This document shows positions 48,678 through 63,100 of a stretch of 64,000 nucleotides of DNA, piece by piece. The DNA is from Selaginella moellendorffii (lineage: Eukaryota > Plantae > Lycopodiophyta): the NCBI RefSeq assembly GCF_000143415.4, contig NW_003314285.1, positions 1,433,412 through 1,497,411 of the forward strand, in the 5' to 3' direction. The notes beneath the pieces are model-generated. The model ran no database searches, was not told where the DNA came from, and worked only from the letters and a program-made list of their open reading frames with translations. A program made the translations under genes and the position numbers. Each line of letters opens with the position of its first letter. The first letter of the stretch is position 1.

Positions 48678-49119
48678 CGTCTTCTGGAAATGCGGCGTGA
48701 AATCTCTGGCGCTGCGATGGCGCTAGCTAGAGAAGAGAGGATTTTACCTGGGAAACAAGAGATCGCAGCTCCTGCCCGCGATCTAGACGCGCATTCTCTA
48801 GTTTCTCCTCCACAAGAAATTCCACGCCCTAAACTATAAAAAAAGTAGTTAAAACCTAACCCAGGGTTAAAGACTTATTGGACCCTTTGCTTTAATAGAA
48901 ATGGATGAAAACAAAGCTCAAAGAATAGAATTTTTTGTTCTTTTTTCTTTCGGTCACGTTCTATCTCGCTACAAGCTAAGCTGCGATAGTAAGAAGTGTC
49001 TCCCCTGATCAAAGAAATCGAAGCTCCAGACCTCTGGTATAACATATGTTTGTTCTTCGTGGTGTTGGGTGATGGCTATAGATAAAAGTTCCTGGCCTGG
49101 AGCTCGCGGCTTCTTTGGA

Positions 49120-50638
49120 TCAAAAGGATGGATTACTTGGCTGACTTACGGCGATTGGAGAGCCCTCCGACTTGACGAAGGCTCCCATGTAGTTGCCCCG
49201 CGGGATGAACTCGGGATGAGCTCCTGGCTGCTGCTGCTGCTGCGGCTGAGACGGTGGCGACCGCTGCGATTGCTGCTGCTGTTGGCTGTCGATCGCGTTC
49301 TGTGCCTGCTGCTGGAGCTGCTGGAGCTGCTGCATCTGGAAGTACTGCGCGTTGATCGACAGCTGCTGCTGCTGGCCCCCAGGGCCTGTAAGTTGGCCAG
49401 TGGCCAACTTCAGCCTTTGGACTTCCTCCTTGAGTGCATCGTTTAAAGCTGGAGGGAAAAACACACAAACTATCAGTTTATCTGCTGAAACATGGAATGT
49501 GCTTCCTACCGTCTCGGAGCTGTCCTTGTTGCTCCATGGCGGTTAGCCGAAGTTTCAGTTCGTTGTTCTCTGTGGTCAGCCCCGTTGTATCCCGCTGCCA
49601 CCACGAAGCGGAAGTGTGACAAGAGGAGAAGAAAGAAACAAGTTTTACCTGAAGCATCGTCAACTGAGCCGATAGTGTTGTGGCTTCTGTCTGGAGCGTT
49701 TGTACTTTACGCTCCAGCTCGGAGATGTAACGCATCTTGCGCTCCTTCGAGCGAGCAGCTGACTGCCGGTTTGCAAGTATTCTGCAGCACAGAAAGAGAA
49801 AGCAGCTTAGCCATGTGATCATTCTATGAAACGAGGAAAGACAGCTCTACCTTTTGGCTCGTTTTGGATCAATAAGAGCAAGCTCGGCAAGCTTGCTGGC
49901 CGCAAGAGCCTTCTTCGCCTCGGTGCTGTCCGACTCCGAGTTTAAAAAGTCACTTTTGAAAGAATCCATCGAGTTGCTGTGATGGTGTCTTGGACGACGC
50001 GGCTCCGAGTTGGAGTTGCTGCCAGCCGGCCCTCCGGCATTGAAAGAAGCAAGCACTCCATCCGTGGACAGGCTCCGAGAATGGTGGTGTTGGTGGCTGG
50101 ACCCATCCGACTTAGTGGGAGTTGCGGACGCGACGTTGAAGGAGTTGATCTTCTCCATGTCGATGTACATGTTGAAGAGATCCTCCCCGGCCTCGTCCGA
50201 GAGCGCAGGCATTGCCGGGCTCTGGAGTCCAAGCTCTCGCTCGAAGGACGCATCGTCGGGCAGACAAAACGTGATCTCCGACTGAGCCCGGCGATGGCCG
50301 CGAGGCCGAGGTGGAGCGTCCGGCATACGGTTCACATCCGTGCTGAAGCTGTGACCCGGGCTTGGAGCTTTAAGAGGACCACTCACGCTCGAGTTGCCGG
50401 GAGAAGTCACAGCGTCGTGCATGGTTACGTCTTTGGACACGGACACGAGCGAGGAGTCCGAGAGCGCCGGCGAGGTCTCCTGCTTGACCGAGAAGGCAGG
50501 ATTGTTTGAAGATGGGTAGCCCACATAGCGCGAGTGAGACGGCAGTGATGACCCAGAATTCCCATTCGCAGAGTTCTTGGCGAAATCCGACTGGAGCCGC
50601 TCTACAAATGCCTCATACCCATCGCCCAGCCCCTCCAT
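49120..50638 (-). CDS. Group I bZIP transcription factor (RF2a/VIP1-like), 4 exons
   Basis: [36 protein letters not shown]|[42 protein letters not shown], Gln-rich C-terminus. Confidence 0.95.
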
Positions 50639-53323
50639 TCCCCCTCCCCCTTGTGTCTCTTCCCTGTTCTTCCCTGTTCTTCCTGTTTATTTCCTGTTCT
50701 ACTCTAAAAAACTCTATTCCTTCGTTTAACACCTGGGAATCCGTCAAGACGGTCTAGCTTCCGTGCTCGGGGAGAAGGAAATCCACTCAGCCCTGCTTGA
50801 AATCGATGCTCCTGGCTCCTGGCACAGAATCTCCTGGAAGCAAAATGCCTGTTACTCCAAATTCCAAAGATCTACTCCATGCAAGGGCAATAGAATCAAG
50901 AATGCAGCTCCTGCCACGACCTAAATCCTCCCAGGCACGCCAGGAAAGCGCGAATGCGGCGCAAGGATGCACAGAACACTCGCAAATTCACTCCAAATAC
51001 CGCTTACCTGGCCGCTGGAATCCCCCGAGATGCATCGAGGAGGCCGGATTGGAGCCCAACCCTCCCGCAGCTTTTGCGCGATCGATCTGCCGCTCACACA
51101 ACACCCCTCCAAGGAGCCGCCGTGATGGAGATTATCACTGCCCTAAGCTATGCTCTAGATCCCTTGCTCTCTATGCTCTCGTAGTCGGGGGGGGGGCCGG
51201 CTGGCTATGGCGCTATCACAAAATGTTCTCTCTTTCTCTTGGCTAAAGCAAAATGTAAGCTATTGACGGGAAGGAGTTAATCTCGCCCGTCTATTACATG
51301 CATCCGACCGAGCAGTTTGAGCCACGTCAGAGAGGCCGTCAAGATTTTCAGTGGCCCAGATCCGTCCACGTTATCCATAACCAACCGTCTGATCTAGCCC
51401 AGGGCAGTAAAAGTCTTACGCGGAAAGTGCCAAGTGACGTGTCGCCATCATCTACGTCCGATGGGTATCGAACGAGATGCCGGTGGGCATATTCTGTCCG
51501 CGTCTCACCCAAATGGATGGTGTCACGTGGGTCGTCAGGGAATATTTCTTGTTTGTAGTTAGGATGCGGTTGGCTTCTCGACACGATGTTAAGGTAATGC
51601 CGCCACCTTTGATCCAATTTAGGGTTCTTACTTCTTCCGCCCAAGAACATTGACTGGATCATAATTCCATGCCCAGAAAAGTATTAATTTTTAACAATCG
51701 CTCGTGCATGCATGTGCCAAACGCCCCAGTGTCAACTCCCCTAGTAGAAAAATCCGGAAGTAAAGGTTTTAAATGGTCCCTAAGTCGAACAACGTTTTCT
51801 TCACTCAAAGCTTCATTTTATTGTTCTCAAATTCAAGAATGAATGCATAATCTAGCACTGCTATCTAGAAACCTTGCTTTTGGATTCCTTTTCAAGCAAG
51901 AAGAGCAAGGTGGAAAAAGACAAGGAATTTCTTCTCAAGCTGGTCATTTCACAAGATTTTAAGGGCATAAGTGGTTGTAAACACAATAATGTATGTAATT
52001 ATTCGTATTGTATCATGTCATAAATTATCAGTTCACTTCAAGTTCTTTTTTTTTTTTTGTCTAGTTAATGCAAAACCAAATGCTTTGTCACCAATTAAGA
52101 TTCACACATCCATAAACTTTAAGATCCAGGTGGACGCTGCAAGACCCTCAAAAACATGTATTATTATTCTTTGCCAAGGACTTCAAATCTTACAAGCTTG
52201 CATACATGACAATCTCTTTCTCATACTTGTACTTGAAAGGCTTGCACTATAGTAATACATGCACACCTAGAGGAGTTCATGAATGCCAAGAAAGAATAAA
52301 AGATTTTGGTGCTCTAGCTCCTCAAGCCACATTTTACTACATTATATTTGTTAAAAGCCACTTAATTAGTCATCCACAAAAAAGATAAAAGCCTAGAACA
52401 CATAGACATGTGGGTTTAGCTGAAGTATTGTTTATGAAGTTTATGAAGAATGCAATGAGAAGATGGAGGCATGAGACCATAATGCAATGGATGCAAATTG
52501 AAAATTTTATCACTTTTAGTCCCTTTAGTCTTTAGTTCTAGGTACTCACATCTTTTGCTAATACCAAAGCTACTTTTGCTTTTCCAATTGAACACTGAGA
52601 TATAAAACAATGGTGACTAATACCTCAATGATATTTTATAATTTTACTTTCATAAATGGAAATAATCAGGATCAAAAGAGTGAATTGAAATACTAAGATT
52701 TGAAAAAACGGAAAATAAAAAAACAAAAGAAATTAAACATAGGTAGAAGGAAATGAAATAGAAGTTAAAAACATGGAAGATGTAATAAGGGAGATAATTT
52801 AAAAGTGATCCAACTCTAAAGTTTATACCTTAATAATATAAATATAGAATTGATTTAACTTAGCACTATTGATAATCCTCATCTTGAAACCCATATTTCA
52901 ATCCATTACTAAACTTGATTTTGCTATGTGATGTAACTAAAAATTGTAATATACAATTAAAAACTTAAGCTTGTATTATATAAAATTTTACAAGATTTGC
53001 AAACAAGATTTGTAAACTAGAGCAAGCTAGAATATATGACTTTTCTCCTTTTATTTTGTGATCTAATTACAGTTTTGATGAGATTATAACATTTATTAGG
53101 TTGAGAATAATGACTATGTGCCATCTAAACTTCTAGAACAGTTTAGGCTTCAAAGTATATATTTACAAATTGATAAGGTACAAATTACAATTTATAAGGT
53201 TCTAAATGTACAAATGTAAAGTCTAGATGTATGGCTATAACGTTGTATACTATTATTAGTATAGTAGGATTTTGGTAGCCATTAGATTAGTTTCAATCTG
53301 GACCACTTGCTTTTGTATATAAG

Positions 53324-56300
53324 TGTGAGACACAAATCCTTAAGCCCCAAAGTGGAGCAAAAAGGGTGCCACATGGTAATGGTCAAAGCAGAAGTCTAAT
53401 AAGTGTAACATGTTTGAACCAAAGGCTCGGACTTGGAAAGTTGAGGGTGGGAGTGGAACTCCAAATGAAGTGCTTAAGGGATGAGCACAAAATAGTTGGT
53501 AAATGAGTCTCTAAAAAGGGATATAAAAAGGATTGACACATGATAAGTGCCATGACACATGAAAGTGTCAAGAATGAGTCCAAAAAAAAGTCTAAGAAGG
53601 AGTCTGAGATGGAGTCTGATATAGACCTAAGATGGAGTTTGAGATAGAGTTTGATATGAACCCGAGATGGACCTGATATGGACCCAAGATAGAACCCAAG
53701 ATGGAGTCCGAGATGGACTCGAGATGCAATCCAAGATGGACCTAAAATGGGGTCTAAGATGGACCTAAGATGGAATTTGAGATGGAGTCTAAGATGGACT
53801 AAAGATGGAGTTTGATATGGACCCAAGATGGAGTCCAAGATGGACCCGAAATGGAGTCTGAGGTTGAGGTCGAGAAAGAGACTGAGACTGAGATTGAGAC
53901 TGAGACTGAGTCTGAGACCAAGTCTGAAATTAAGTCCAAGACTGAGTTTGAAATTGAGCCCGAATCCGAATGTGAAAGCCCAAAGTGATTGTCTCCCAAA
54001 CCCTGGGAGGTTTGGTGAGCTCCAAAAGTATAGTAAGGGGAAAACTCTAGGAAAGCTAGTTTAGTCAAAGAAGGTTAGTGGGACCATACCTATGTGTTGG
54101 GTGATGATATAACTATTGAGGAGTCCAATACTAGAGTGAATATGAACAAACAAGTGGGGTAACTTAGTGAAGTGTTCAAGAGTTGACTCTAGCTTTAGGA
54201 TATTAAATAGTTGATGCTCCCAATCTAAGTATGGGTGGCACTACGTATTTGGATACCTAGCATGGCTCAATAGAACCTTGCTCTAGCCACTTGGCTAGGG
54301 CACATAAAAGTGGAAAGTGGGGAGAGTACCCATAAGGTCCGTGTAAGGCCATGATGTTTCGAAATATCATCCCAAAGTCCCAAACTGTGGAAAGGAAGAC
54401 GAGTAGTCCTCTAATGTAGTAACCAAGGATACAATCACAAGGTGAGGAAGTTTTAGAGGACAATAGGACTTAGTGGTTGAGTCTTTGGGTCACCCAATGG
54501 CAATGTTGGCGAGCATGGTCATGGATGAAGAGGGACTTGGCAGGGACGGAAGAAGGGACATTGAGGAAGGGTGTTACCCATGTCTTTAGGCATCCTAAGG
54601 GTGCTAAGGTGTGGTCAAAGGATGACCACTCATGGATAGATGACTCAGTCTTTGAGAGATGGGATGGTGATGCAAATGGTCTTGGAATACCAATATGACA
54701 AAGGTGAATGAGCATGGCTTTAACATAATAGGCTGATATGTCAGTGGTACCTTTGAATATTGGTTATGGGGTCAAATATGTGGAGCACTTGGACCAAGTG
54801 CAAAGGCTAAGTGGCATAAATGCCATTCACAGGGCTAACATGTCCCCTAATCCTAAATAGAACTTATGAAAATTGTTAATGAGACTCTTCCAATTAATAT
54901 ATACATTTTTGTATTCCATTTTTATTCCATGCAGTCAAAGAGTGTTGTCAAGGGTGGTTAAAGTAAATATATACACAAGTTCTACAATATCTTGATGAAG
55001 CGTTAACCACAACATTCCCAACTTAATCTACTTTAACATATTTGGCTTACACGAAGTAAGAGGCTTTAAAGACATGTAAAAAACTCATGCTAACACCCAA
55101 CATCACCTCAAGAATGATACATAAAGTGATTGAACCAATGGTATATATCATCCTTAAGATTCCTATGGAAGAACTTTAGCCAAACACGAGGATTAATAAC
55201 AAAAGTAGAAGGAGTTGTATTAGGTGCTATGAATGGTGCTATCAACTAAGTCTAATTTTTCAATTGCAACTACATAACATCAATCAATTATACCAAATGT
55301 TGCTCTAAAGTCAAAGAAGGAGGAAGTTGCCTCTAGCTTAAAGTTTAGCTTAAAGTAAAGCTTAAATATTACAAAGTTAAGTGATATTTAGATAATACAG
55401 AAGTTAAATTTAAACAAAAAGCACAAATCCAAGTACTTCTCAAAAACAATCAAAGTTGCCTCTCATTTCTATTAATGTAAGTGTATGGAATATAAAAATA
55501 AATTATAAGAATATACATATCAATTAAATATGAATGGCACAACATTATGAAACATCACCTATTGCATATACTTAAACTCCACTTCATGTGAGAGATGATC
55601 TAATTCTAATGGAAGAAGGGACAACTCAAAAAATGATTTATAAGGGTTTAAATATAAAGAGAAAAGGTCCATTAACAAGAGTGCCATTGTGCTTTTGGTT
55701 TAAATTTAACTTCTGCATTATTTAAATCTCACTTAACTTTATAATATTTCAATTTCTTCTTTTTTACTTTTATATGAGTGTAAGACACAAATTCTAAACC
55801 CCAAAGTGGAGCAAAAAGGGTGCCACATAGTAGTGGTCAAAATGGAAGTTTAACAAACATAACATGTTTGGACCAAAAGCTCTAACTTGGAAAGTCGAGA
55901 GCGGGAATAGAACTCTAAAAAAAGTGCTCGAGAAATAAGCATGAAGCAATTGGTGAATGAGTCTCTAAAAAAAAAAGGAACATGAGAAGAGCTAACACAT
56001 GGCAAGTGTCATGACACATGGAAGTGTTAGGAACAAATCCGAGAAGGAGTTTGAGATGGAGTCCAAGATGGAGTCCAAGATAGACCTAAGATAGACCCAA
56101 GATGGAGTCCAAGATGGAATCCGAGATAAACCCAAGATGGACCCAAGATGGAGTTTGAGATGGAGTCTGGTATGGATTTGAGATGAAGTCCAAGATGGAG
56201 TCCGATATGGACCCAAGATGGAGTCCGAAATGGATCCAAGATGGAATCCGAGATGGAGTCTGATATGGACCCGAAATGGACTTGAGATGGAGTCCAAGAT

Positions 56301-57130
56301 GGATCTAAGATGAAGTCTGAGGTCGAGTCCGAGATGGATATGAGATGGAGTCTGAGACCGAGACCGAGACCGAGACAAAGTTTGAGACCAAGTCCGAGAC
56401 CAAGACCGAGACCGAGATCAAGTCCGAGTCTGAGTCCGTGTATGAGTCTAAGTCACGATTCCGATGAGGGATTTTAGATCTGATGACTCATCTCCCAAAA
56501 CCCTAGAGGATTTAGTGAGCTCTAAAAATATAGTAAGAGGAGGACTTCAGTAGAGCCAATTTAGCCAAGAAAGGCTAATGTGACCAAGGAAGGCTATACC
56601 CACTTGTTGGGTGATGATATAACCATTGAGGAGTCTAAGATTAGAATGAATACAGATAGACACTATGAATGAAATGATCAAAATGAATGAGTTAATATTG
56701 AAATGAATTACAAACAAAGTGCTCGAAAAATGAGCACGAAGTGATCGATGAATGAGTTTCTAGAAAGGGACACAAGAAGGACTAACACATGGCAAGTGTC
56801 AGGACTGAGTCTAAGATGGAATCTGAGATGGAGTCTGAAATGGAGTCCAAGAAGGAGTTCGAGATGGAGTCCAAGATGGAGCCTAAAGTCAAGTCCAAGA
56901 TGGAGTTCAAGATGGAGCCTAAAGTCTCCAAGATGGAGATTGAGACCGAGTTTGAAATCAAGGGTAAGACCAAAATCGAGACTGAGAGCAAGTCCGAGTC
57001 CAAATACTAATGCAGGTCAATGGTGAAAGCCTAAAGAGATTTTCCCCTAGGGGGGGAGGGCTACAAAGGGTTCCAAAAGTATAGTAGGGAAAGTGTGGGG
57101 GTTGGACTCTATAGTGGAATCAGTTTAGTG
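53324..57130 (+). repeat. Three copies of an LTR-like module with degenerate 12-bp tandem repeats (GATGGAGTCCAA) and 6-bp GAGACC repeats
   Basis: Modules at about 53324-54140, 55779-56660 and 56715-57130 share flanks, with arrays at about 53600-53960, 56040-56440 and 56805-57000. Unrelated sequence lies between the modules. Confidence 0.8.
55364..55749. repeat. About 63-bp inverted repeat pair (foldback/MITE-like)
   Basis: 55364-55426 is the near-perfect reverse complement of 55687-55749. Confidence 0.8.
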
Positions 57131-60100
57131 GGGGGGTGGGTTGTTGGGGGTTTCAAATGTATAGTAGAGATAGTGGGTAGGTCAAGCATGGTTGACAAAC
57201 CTAAGACATAATATAGCTCTTGTTTACGTGTCTGTCCTTGTTTTGTGTCTAGCTTGGGTATAAACCCAAGTTCCACACCATGCTAGCTGGTGGAGTACCC
57301 ATATCCTCGTGTTATGCCACCAGTATACTGAAATAGCACTAGACTCCGTTTGGCTCTATTTTGTATGCTAGTCTTAGCATTGGGATGGTGAAAGCTCTAG
57401 GACTGTTGCAACATTGCTCAGTTCTTTTGTCTCTTCGCTCCTTGGGTTAAACACTCAAGAGTCACTTTATGCTTTAGTTCTTGGCTGTAAGCTTAGGAGT
57501 TTGGTTTTGTACCTTCATTCAAAGGCCCAAGGTTCTAAAACTTGGGTTCCACTCCATTGTCCTTGGGGATATGTGGCATATGGCACGTGGCATATGACAC
57601 ATGGTATATAAAGGGTTTAAGTTTTGCTTCGTGGTTATCCTATAGTAAATTACTATACGATAAAAGGTGAAAACCATATGTGCTACATTGGGTATCAGAG
57701 AATGAGTTTCAGTGAATACTATCCAATGAGATTGGGCAACTAGTCTCATTGCATATGCAAAGATGAGAGTGATGATCTAAGTGGGAATACATTTGGGTGC
57801 TAAGACTTTGTATTTGTTCCTTGAGTATGGATTTTAATTACCTTTTTGTACCATATTATGTGAGCTTGCACTTGGACTCATATGATGGATTGAGATGCAC
57901 CATTTACACGAGTTTAAGCTTGGGCTTGTGAGTGAGGCACATTAACAACTCAAGGTTACACTTTGAGTTGGCAGGATTAATATTAGCCTATTGGGGGGTT
58001 CCATGAGTTGTTCTAGTTGTTCCATGAGTTATTTCATGTATTGTGGGTTGAAATAAAACTCCCTTAGGTTTGCTATGGGTGGCAAATAAGCTGGTCCATA
58101 GCTGTTTAGCATGGCATTAGCAGATCCTTCCTAGGCATGATTATGAGTGGATCAATCAAGACTATAGGGATTAGTTTATTGGTTCAAGTACTCATTGCCA
58201 TGCTCTCTCATAAAAATTTTTTAGACTGAACTTAGGCAATGCTAATGCAAACTTAAGGTTTAGTCAAGTTAAGTTCAAAAATAAAGTTACTAGGGACGAA
58301 GGATCAAATACATAAATCATCTTCTCTTTTTTAAAAGATGATTTGTAACAAAGTATGACTCATTGCTTATGTTTACATTATGCAATCAAGAATCCCTATC
58401 TTGATGCATGTTGGTTATAATAGTCTTGCAATGGTGAGTTGTGGGATGGATAGCGGTGAAGCGCTAAACCATGTTATTGAGGCTTGTTATTGAAGAATTG
58501 GGTTACAATACTCAATTTTTTTCTTGAAAACTTTGCTATTGCTCCTTGAGTAGCTTGGTGTTGGATTAGTTTTGAGTTTGGTCAGAAAGAGAGTGGCATG
58601 AATTTATCTATGTTATGAACAAAGTTGATGGTATTGAGTGTTGTAAATTTTTATCAGTGGGGTGTGGCATTTATATTGCATTTTGTCGAATTGAGGTGGC
58701 ACTTAATACTCATATAAATCTTTGTAATAGTGACATGGGTGTTGCTCATGGTATTACTCAATTAATTATCAAGTTATTATGATTTTTATATTATATCCAT
58801 GTGATAGTGAGCAATGTGTTTACAAAATTGCTTGGTTAAACAATGATTAACCCAAAATAGTTGATAGTGAAGCTAGTCTACTTGCAAGTAATAACATTAA
58901 AGTAGTTTTGACTTAGTTCATAATAATGGTCCATTATGCTAAGCTTGAGTAGGTACTTTGGTTCTTGAGAGTTTACCTATTAAGGTTTTGAAAAGGGTTA
59001 TAACATTCACTTTCTATGGCTTGTTAGTTTATTTGTTAGCCTTAGAGTAAATAGTGAAAGTGTGAAGTTAAGGCATTGATATTGGCAACACTTGTGTTAA
59101 TGGAAGTGGTATTGTTGATTCGAATGATGTGGAGTTTTTCCTTAGAGCTTGATTTTCTATATCATTTTTTTTGTTAGTGTTTTAACTTCACATTAGATCT
59201 TGAAGGTGGTTAAAGAAGAGTGTTAATGCAATATAGATATCCATAGATATGGTCTTTGTGATCAAACCTTGGATGTTCATTTTGCATTTTGTGGATATCA
59301 ATGTTGGGCATTAGAAATATGAGCATGATGTTTGATAGTAAAACATATTGTTGGGTTATAAGAATTAGTGTTGAGGTGAAATTATGTGAAGTTGTTAATA
59401 ATAGAAAGTTGGTTGAGTCTTGAAAGTTTGTATTCCTAGACTGAGAGTTATTTTTTCTTTAGAATAGAAAATTTTCTATAAATTTTTTTAGACTTTTCCA
59501 ATAGCTAATTTATTGATCATTTTGCTTGAAAACCATTTCATTTTCGAAAGCCATTACAAACTAATGAAAGGGTTGGAGTTAATTTTGGTTCATTTAGACA
59601 TTAGTATATAGTTTGTATGATGCAGCTTAAAAGGGTTACTTACTGTTGGGGCTAAAGCAATTGAGTTAAATAAAGTCTAGAGTTAGTATCAAAAAGTAGC
59701 CATTGTGCCTTTCTTTATTAATGTTATATTATATGGAAGATTGCACCTTGTATTTCATAAACTCTATATGAGTAGTGAACTCTCACTAATTTTGACTTAA
59801 TCTTGGTAGCTTTGCATTTTAGCTGAGGATAGTGATGTCCAACTTAGTTGTTTGTGGTTGAAGTGTTAATTCTTGTATTATAGCTTTGTTTATCAAGAAG
59901 TTATATACCAATATGAGTTTATCTCATAGTCTTCACTTTAGTTTCAATTAAGTGTTGATCATGTATATTTAGCCTCTTCCAGGCATGCTCAAAGCTATTA
60001 GCTAGACGTGTTTGTGAGCTTATTGTGGTTCAATTAAATTTGGGTGGTCATTTGGTTTGTGTTTGTTATATTCCTATATTTAGTATATTGAGCATACCTT

Positions 60101-63100
60101 TCCGTTGGACAAATATATTACTTCATGATGTGAGTTTAGTGTTTAGGTCTTATGAAGGCAAGTTAAAGAGTGATTGTTAATTTCTTTACTGCTAATGATT
60201 GCTTGTAGACTTCATCAAGAACTTTTAACACTTGCTTCACTCAATGATGATTTAGTAGTGATGAGCTTGTGTTACTGGATGGTGTTGCAAAGGATTGTGT
60301 CATTAGCTTATATAGTTTTTCCATATTAGCGTGTCGACTCTACCTTTGTCAATATCATTTGGTTGCATTTAGTCTATGGTGTTGGATTTCATTAAGTCTT
60401 GGATGTAATGATTTATTTCTTAATGAAGTGTTATCTGTAATTGAGTTTTATTGAAGGTTTAAATTTCAGATACTAAGTAAGGTATCTTTGACTTTGGTTA
60501 GCTTAGTAGTTATAGAACTTTGAGTGATGATTCACTTTTGCTTTCTTTTAGCTTTATTTTGGTATTGATGGCATTGAAGTGAGTCTTGTTGTTGGCATTA
60601 TTGATATTAAGATTTGAGTGAAATGTGATATCTCTTTGTAAGATTGATAATAAGTTTTATTCGTTTTGATATGGTTAGTGTTGATGATTTGGTTATAGCT
60701 TTACATTATTAGTATTCATGCATTTGCTAGTTAGCAACTATGTTGGCATTCAAATGAGTTGAGTAGCAAGTTGAGTTAATTATGTTCTAGACAAGATTAT
60801 TTAATAGGGGTTGAGCTTTGGTTTTTCCTTGAAACATGATTTAATCATGGAGTATGCTAACTTTATAAAAGGAAAAATTAGTGATCAATATTAGAATTTT
60901 TAAATCTTTGTTAGATTTGAGTTGGGATATATCGATCATTGATGATTCTTCTTGTGTTTATTATGAAGTAACTTACATCTTGTTATAAAAGATGGATTCA
61001 TGGAGGATCAGTTTAATAATTACTTGCTAAACATAGCTTCATTATATTTGGTTTTTGGATTGATGCAAATATACTTTTTATTAACTTTGGCATTATAAAG
61101 TTTGGCTTCTGGATGTGTTAAGGAGGATGTTATGGTTGTATTTTGATTTCTTCTTTTCCATTAAAGTTAATTTATGCCAGACTTATAATTAGTATTAGGC
61201 GAAACTTGGCCATAAGCTTTTTTAAGATTTTGGTTTTTTTGAGTTTTCATATTCATTGTTCTATTTATTAAGAGTTGTTGGGAAAGGCATTTTGGCTCAT
61301 TAGTTTCAATGTTGAAGTTAGTATTTGCATCTAGCAATCATTAGTGATGATTGACTATCATTTATGACAGTTGATTATCTTTGTTAAAGGTTTTACTTAA
61401 TTATTGTTGTTATATAATGATTTGTCATTTTTTGGATGGTGGATTCTTTCTTTGACAATGATTATGCATCTCTCTTTTGATGGGATGATTAATAATATTT
61501 CATGATAGTTAGTTGTTCTCTTTGATGGTTTGTGGTTTTTCACATTACCATAAATTCTTTGTAGTTTACTTTAGATTGGTCTTTTGGGTTTGAAATATTA
61601 ATAGAATGTTGTTAATGCTTCCTTGAGAAACTCTAGTTCTTTGGTATTATTGATTGAGATCTATTTAGATTAGCTCATATGATAGCTGACATGAACAAAT
61701 GTTTGTTTTATTAATTATTACTATAGTTGATTCTAATAGATTGGATATTATTTCCTTTATACAATACATTTGTGAGTATTTTACTGAAAAAGTTGATGAT
61801 ACTTTATGTTCTTTGAGCTGTCTATTATAAGTTGTTTGGCACACTATCTACAATCTTTGGTAGTTAGGTTTTATTATTAAGGTTTTTTGATGATTTACTT
61901 GCTATTGAATTTTATTGGATGGTTAATTCTATGACTTTAACCTTTAAAAATCTTGGTGGTTCTTATACTCTAATACTGGTTTATCAAATGATAACTTATT
62001 TGGAATACTTTTGTGTTTTAATCTAAGATTTATTTACTGATAATTAAGTCTCTTAGATATCATTGTCTCTGACTTTGATATTGTTCATCTATTGACCTTT
62101 GGGTTTGGGCTAGTATAGGCAGATTAACTTCGGCATTTTGTATGTATGGTGAAATCTTTAGTCATAAGGTAGCTATTATTGATTGGTCACATCACCCACC
62201 TCTCTCTCAATGTTTCTTATTTCGTTAAAAAGGGCATGATTGTATAAATAACTTTAACTATCTATATACAATAGTTTATCTAAATCTTATTGACAGGTTT
62301 AGTTTTTTTGTTCATGAGGGTTGGGGCTTCTAGCTTCTCTCTCTATGCTACCAATAGGCAGGGGTATATCACACTTTTGTAAGTTGGATGACACCCAAAG
62401 TAACAAGGGTGGTAAACTTTGTTAGTTATTTCTTTGTCGGTGATAGCCAAAAGGTGTTTGAGTTGGTAGTGCATTTTCATTAGAGAAAGAGGTTACTTTA
62501 ACTCATTTAAGTTAGTGCATTTCTCACAAGATATCTTTAAACGTGCATTTGGATATGTTAACGATTGTGATGATGCCTTCTAACAATTGCATTGTCTTTG
62601 TCAAGGTTTATTTAAGTGTAAATATGGTAAACTTTTTCTAAAGTTGTTTCCTTAGTAGTGTTCTAGACTAGAGTATGCATCAACGAGGATGTCGATTTTT
62701 CCTAAGAGGGGGAGATTGCAAATATAACTTTGGGTATCAAAAGTTATTTGTTGACTAATACTTTTGAATATTCTTTTTTTACTGCCATGATGATAGAAGG
62801 TTAGTATTGTTGGACCCTTTATCAGTCCCTCTTGTACTAGTGGAGTTAACTAAGCATTTCAAGTGTATTTAAACTGGATGAGCATAAGGATGAAATTCTT
62901 ACATGTTATTAGCTAAGCATATTTAGCTTAGTTAGGAGTTCCCATCTCGTTATATCTTGCACTGGCTAGTGACAAGAACCCACATATTGAGATTAATCCC
63001 TCAATATCGCTAAATGATAGTTTATTTGGTTCCAAATATATAGTAGGGATAGTGGGTAGGTGGCCAACCAACTTGAGGCATAGTCTAACTTTGGTTTACA

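Noticed and set aside
47736-48839. 367-aa antisense ORF over GER1
   Set aside because: Codon-aligned antisense frame of a gene with GC-rich third positions; non-ATG start.
53383-57026. Repetitive ORFs (MESKMDPK, RWSP) and CRISPR-like periodicity
   Set aside because: Products of degenerate 12-bp tandem repeats with no unique spacers, in a eukaryotic TE context.
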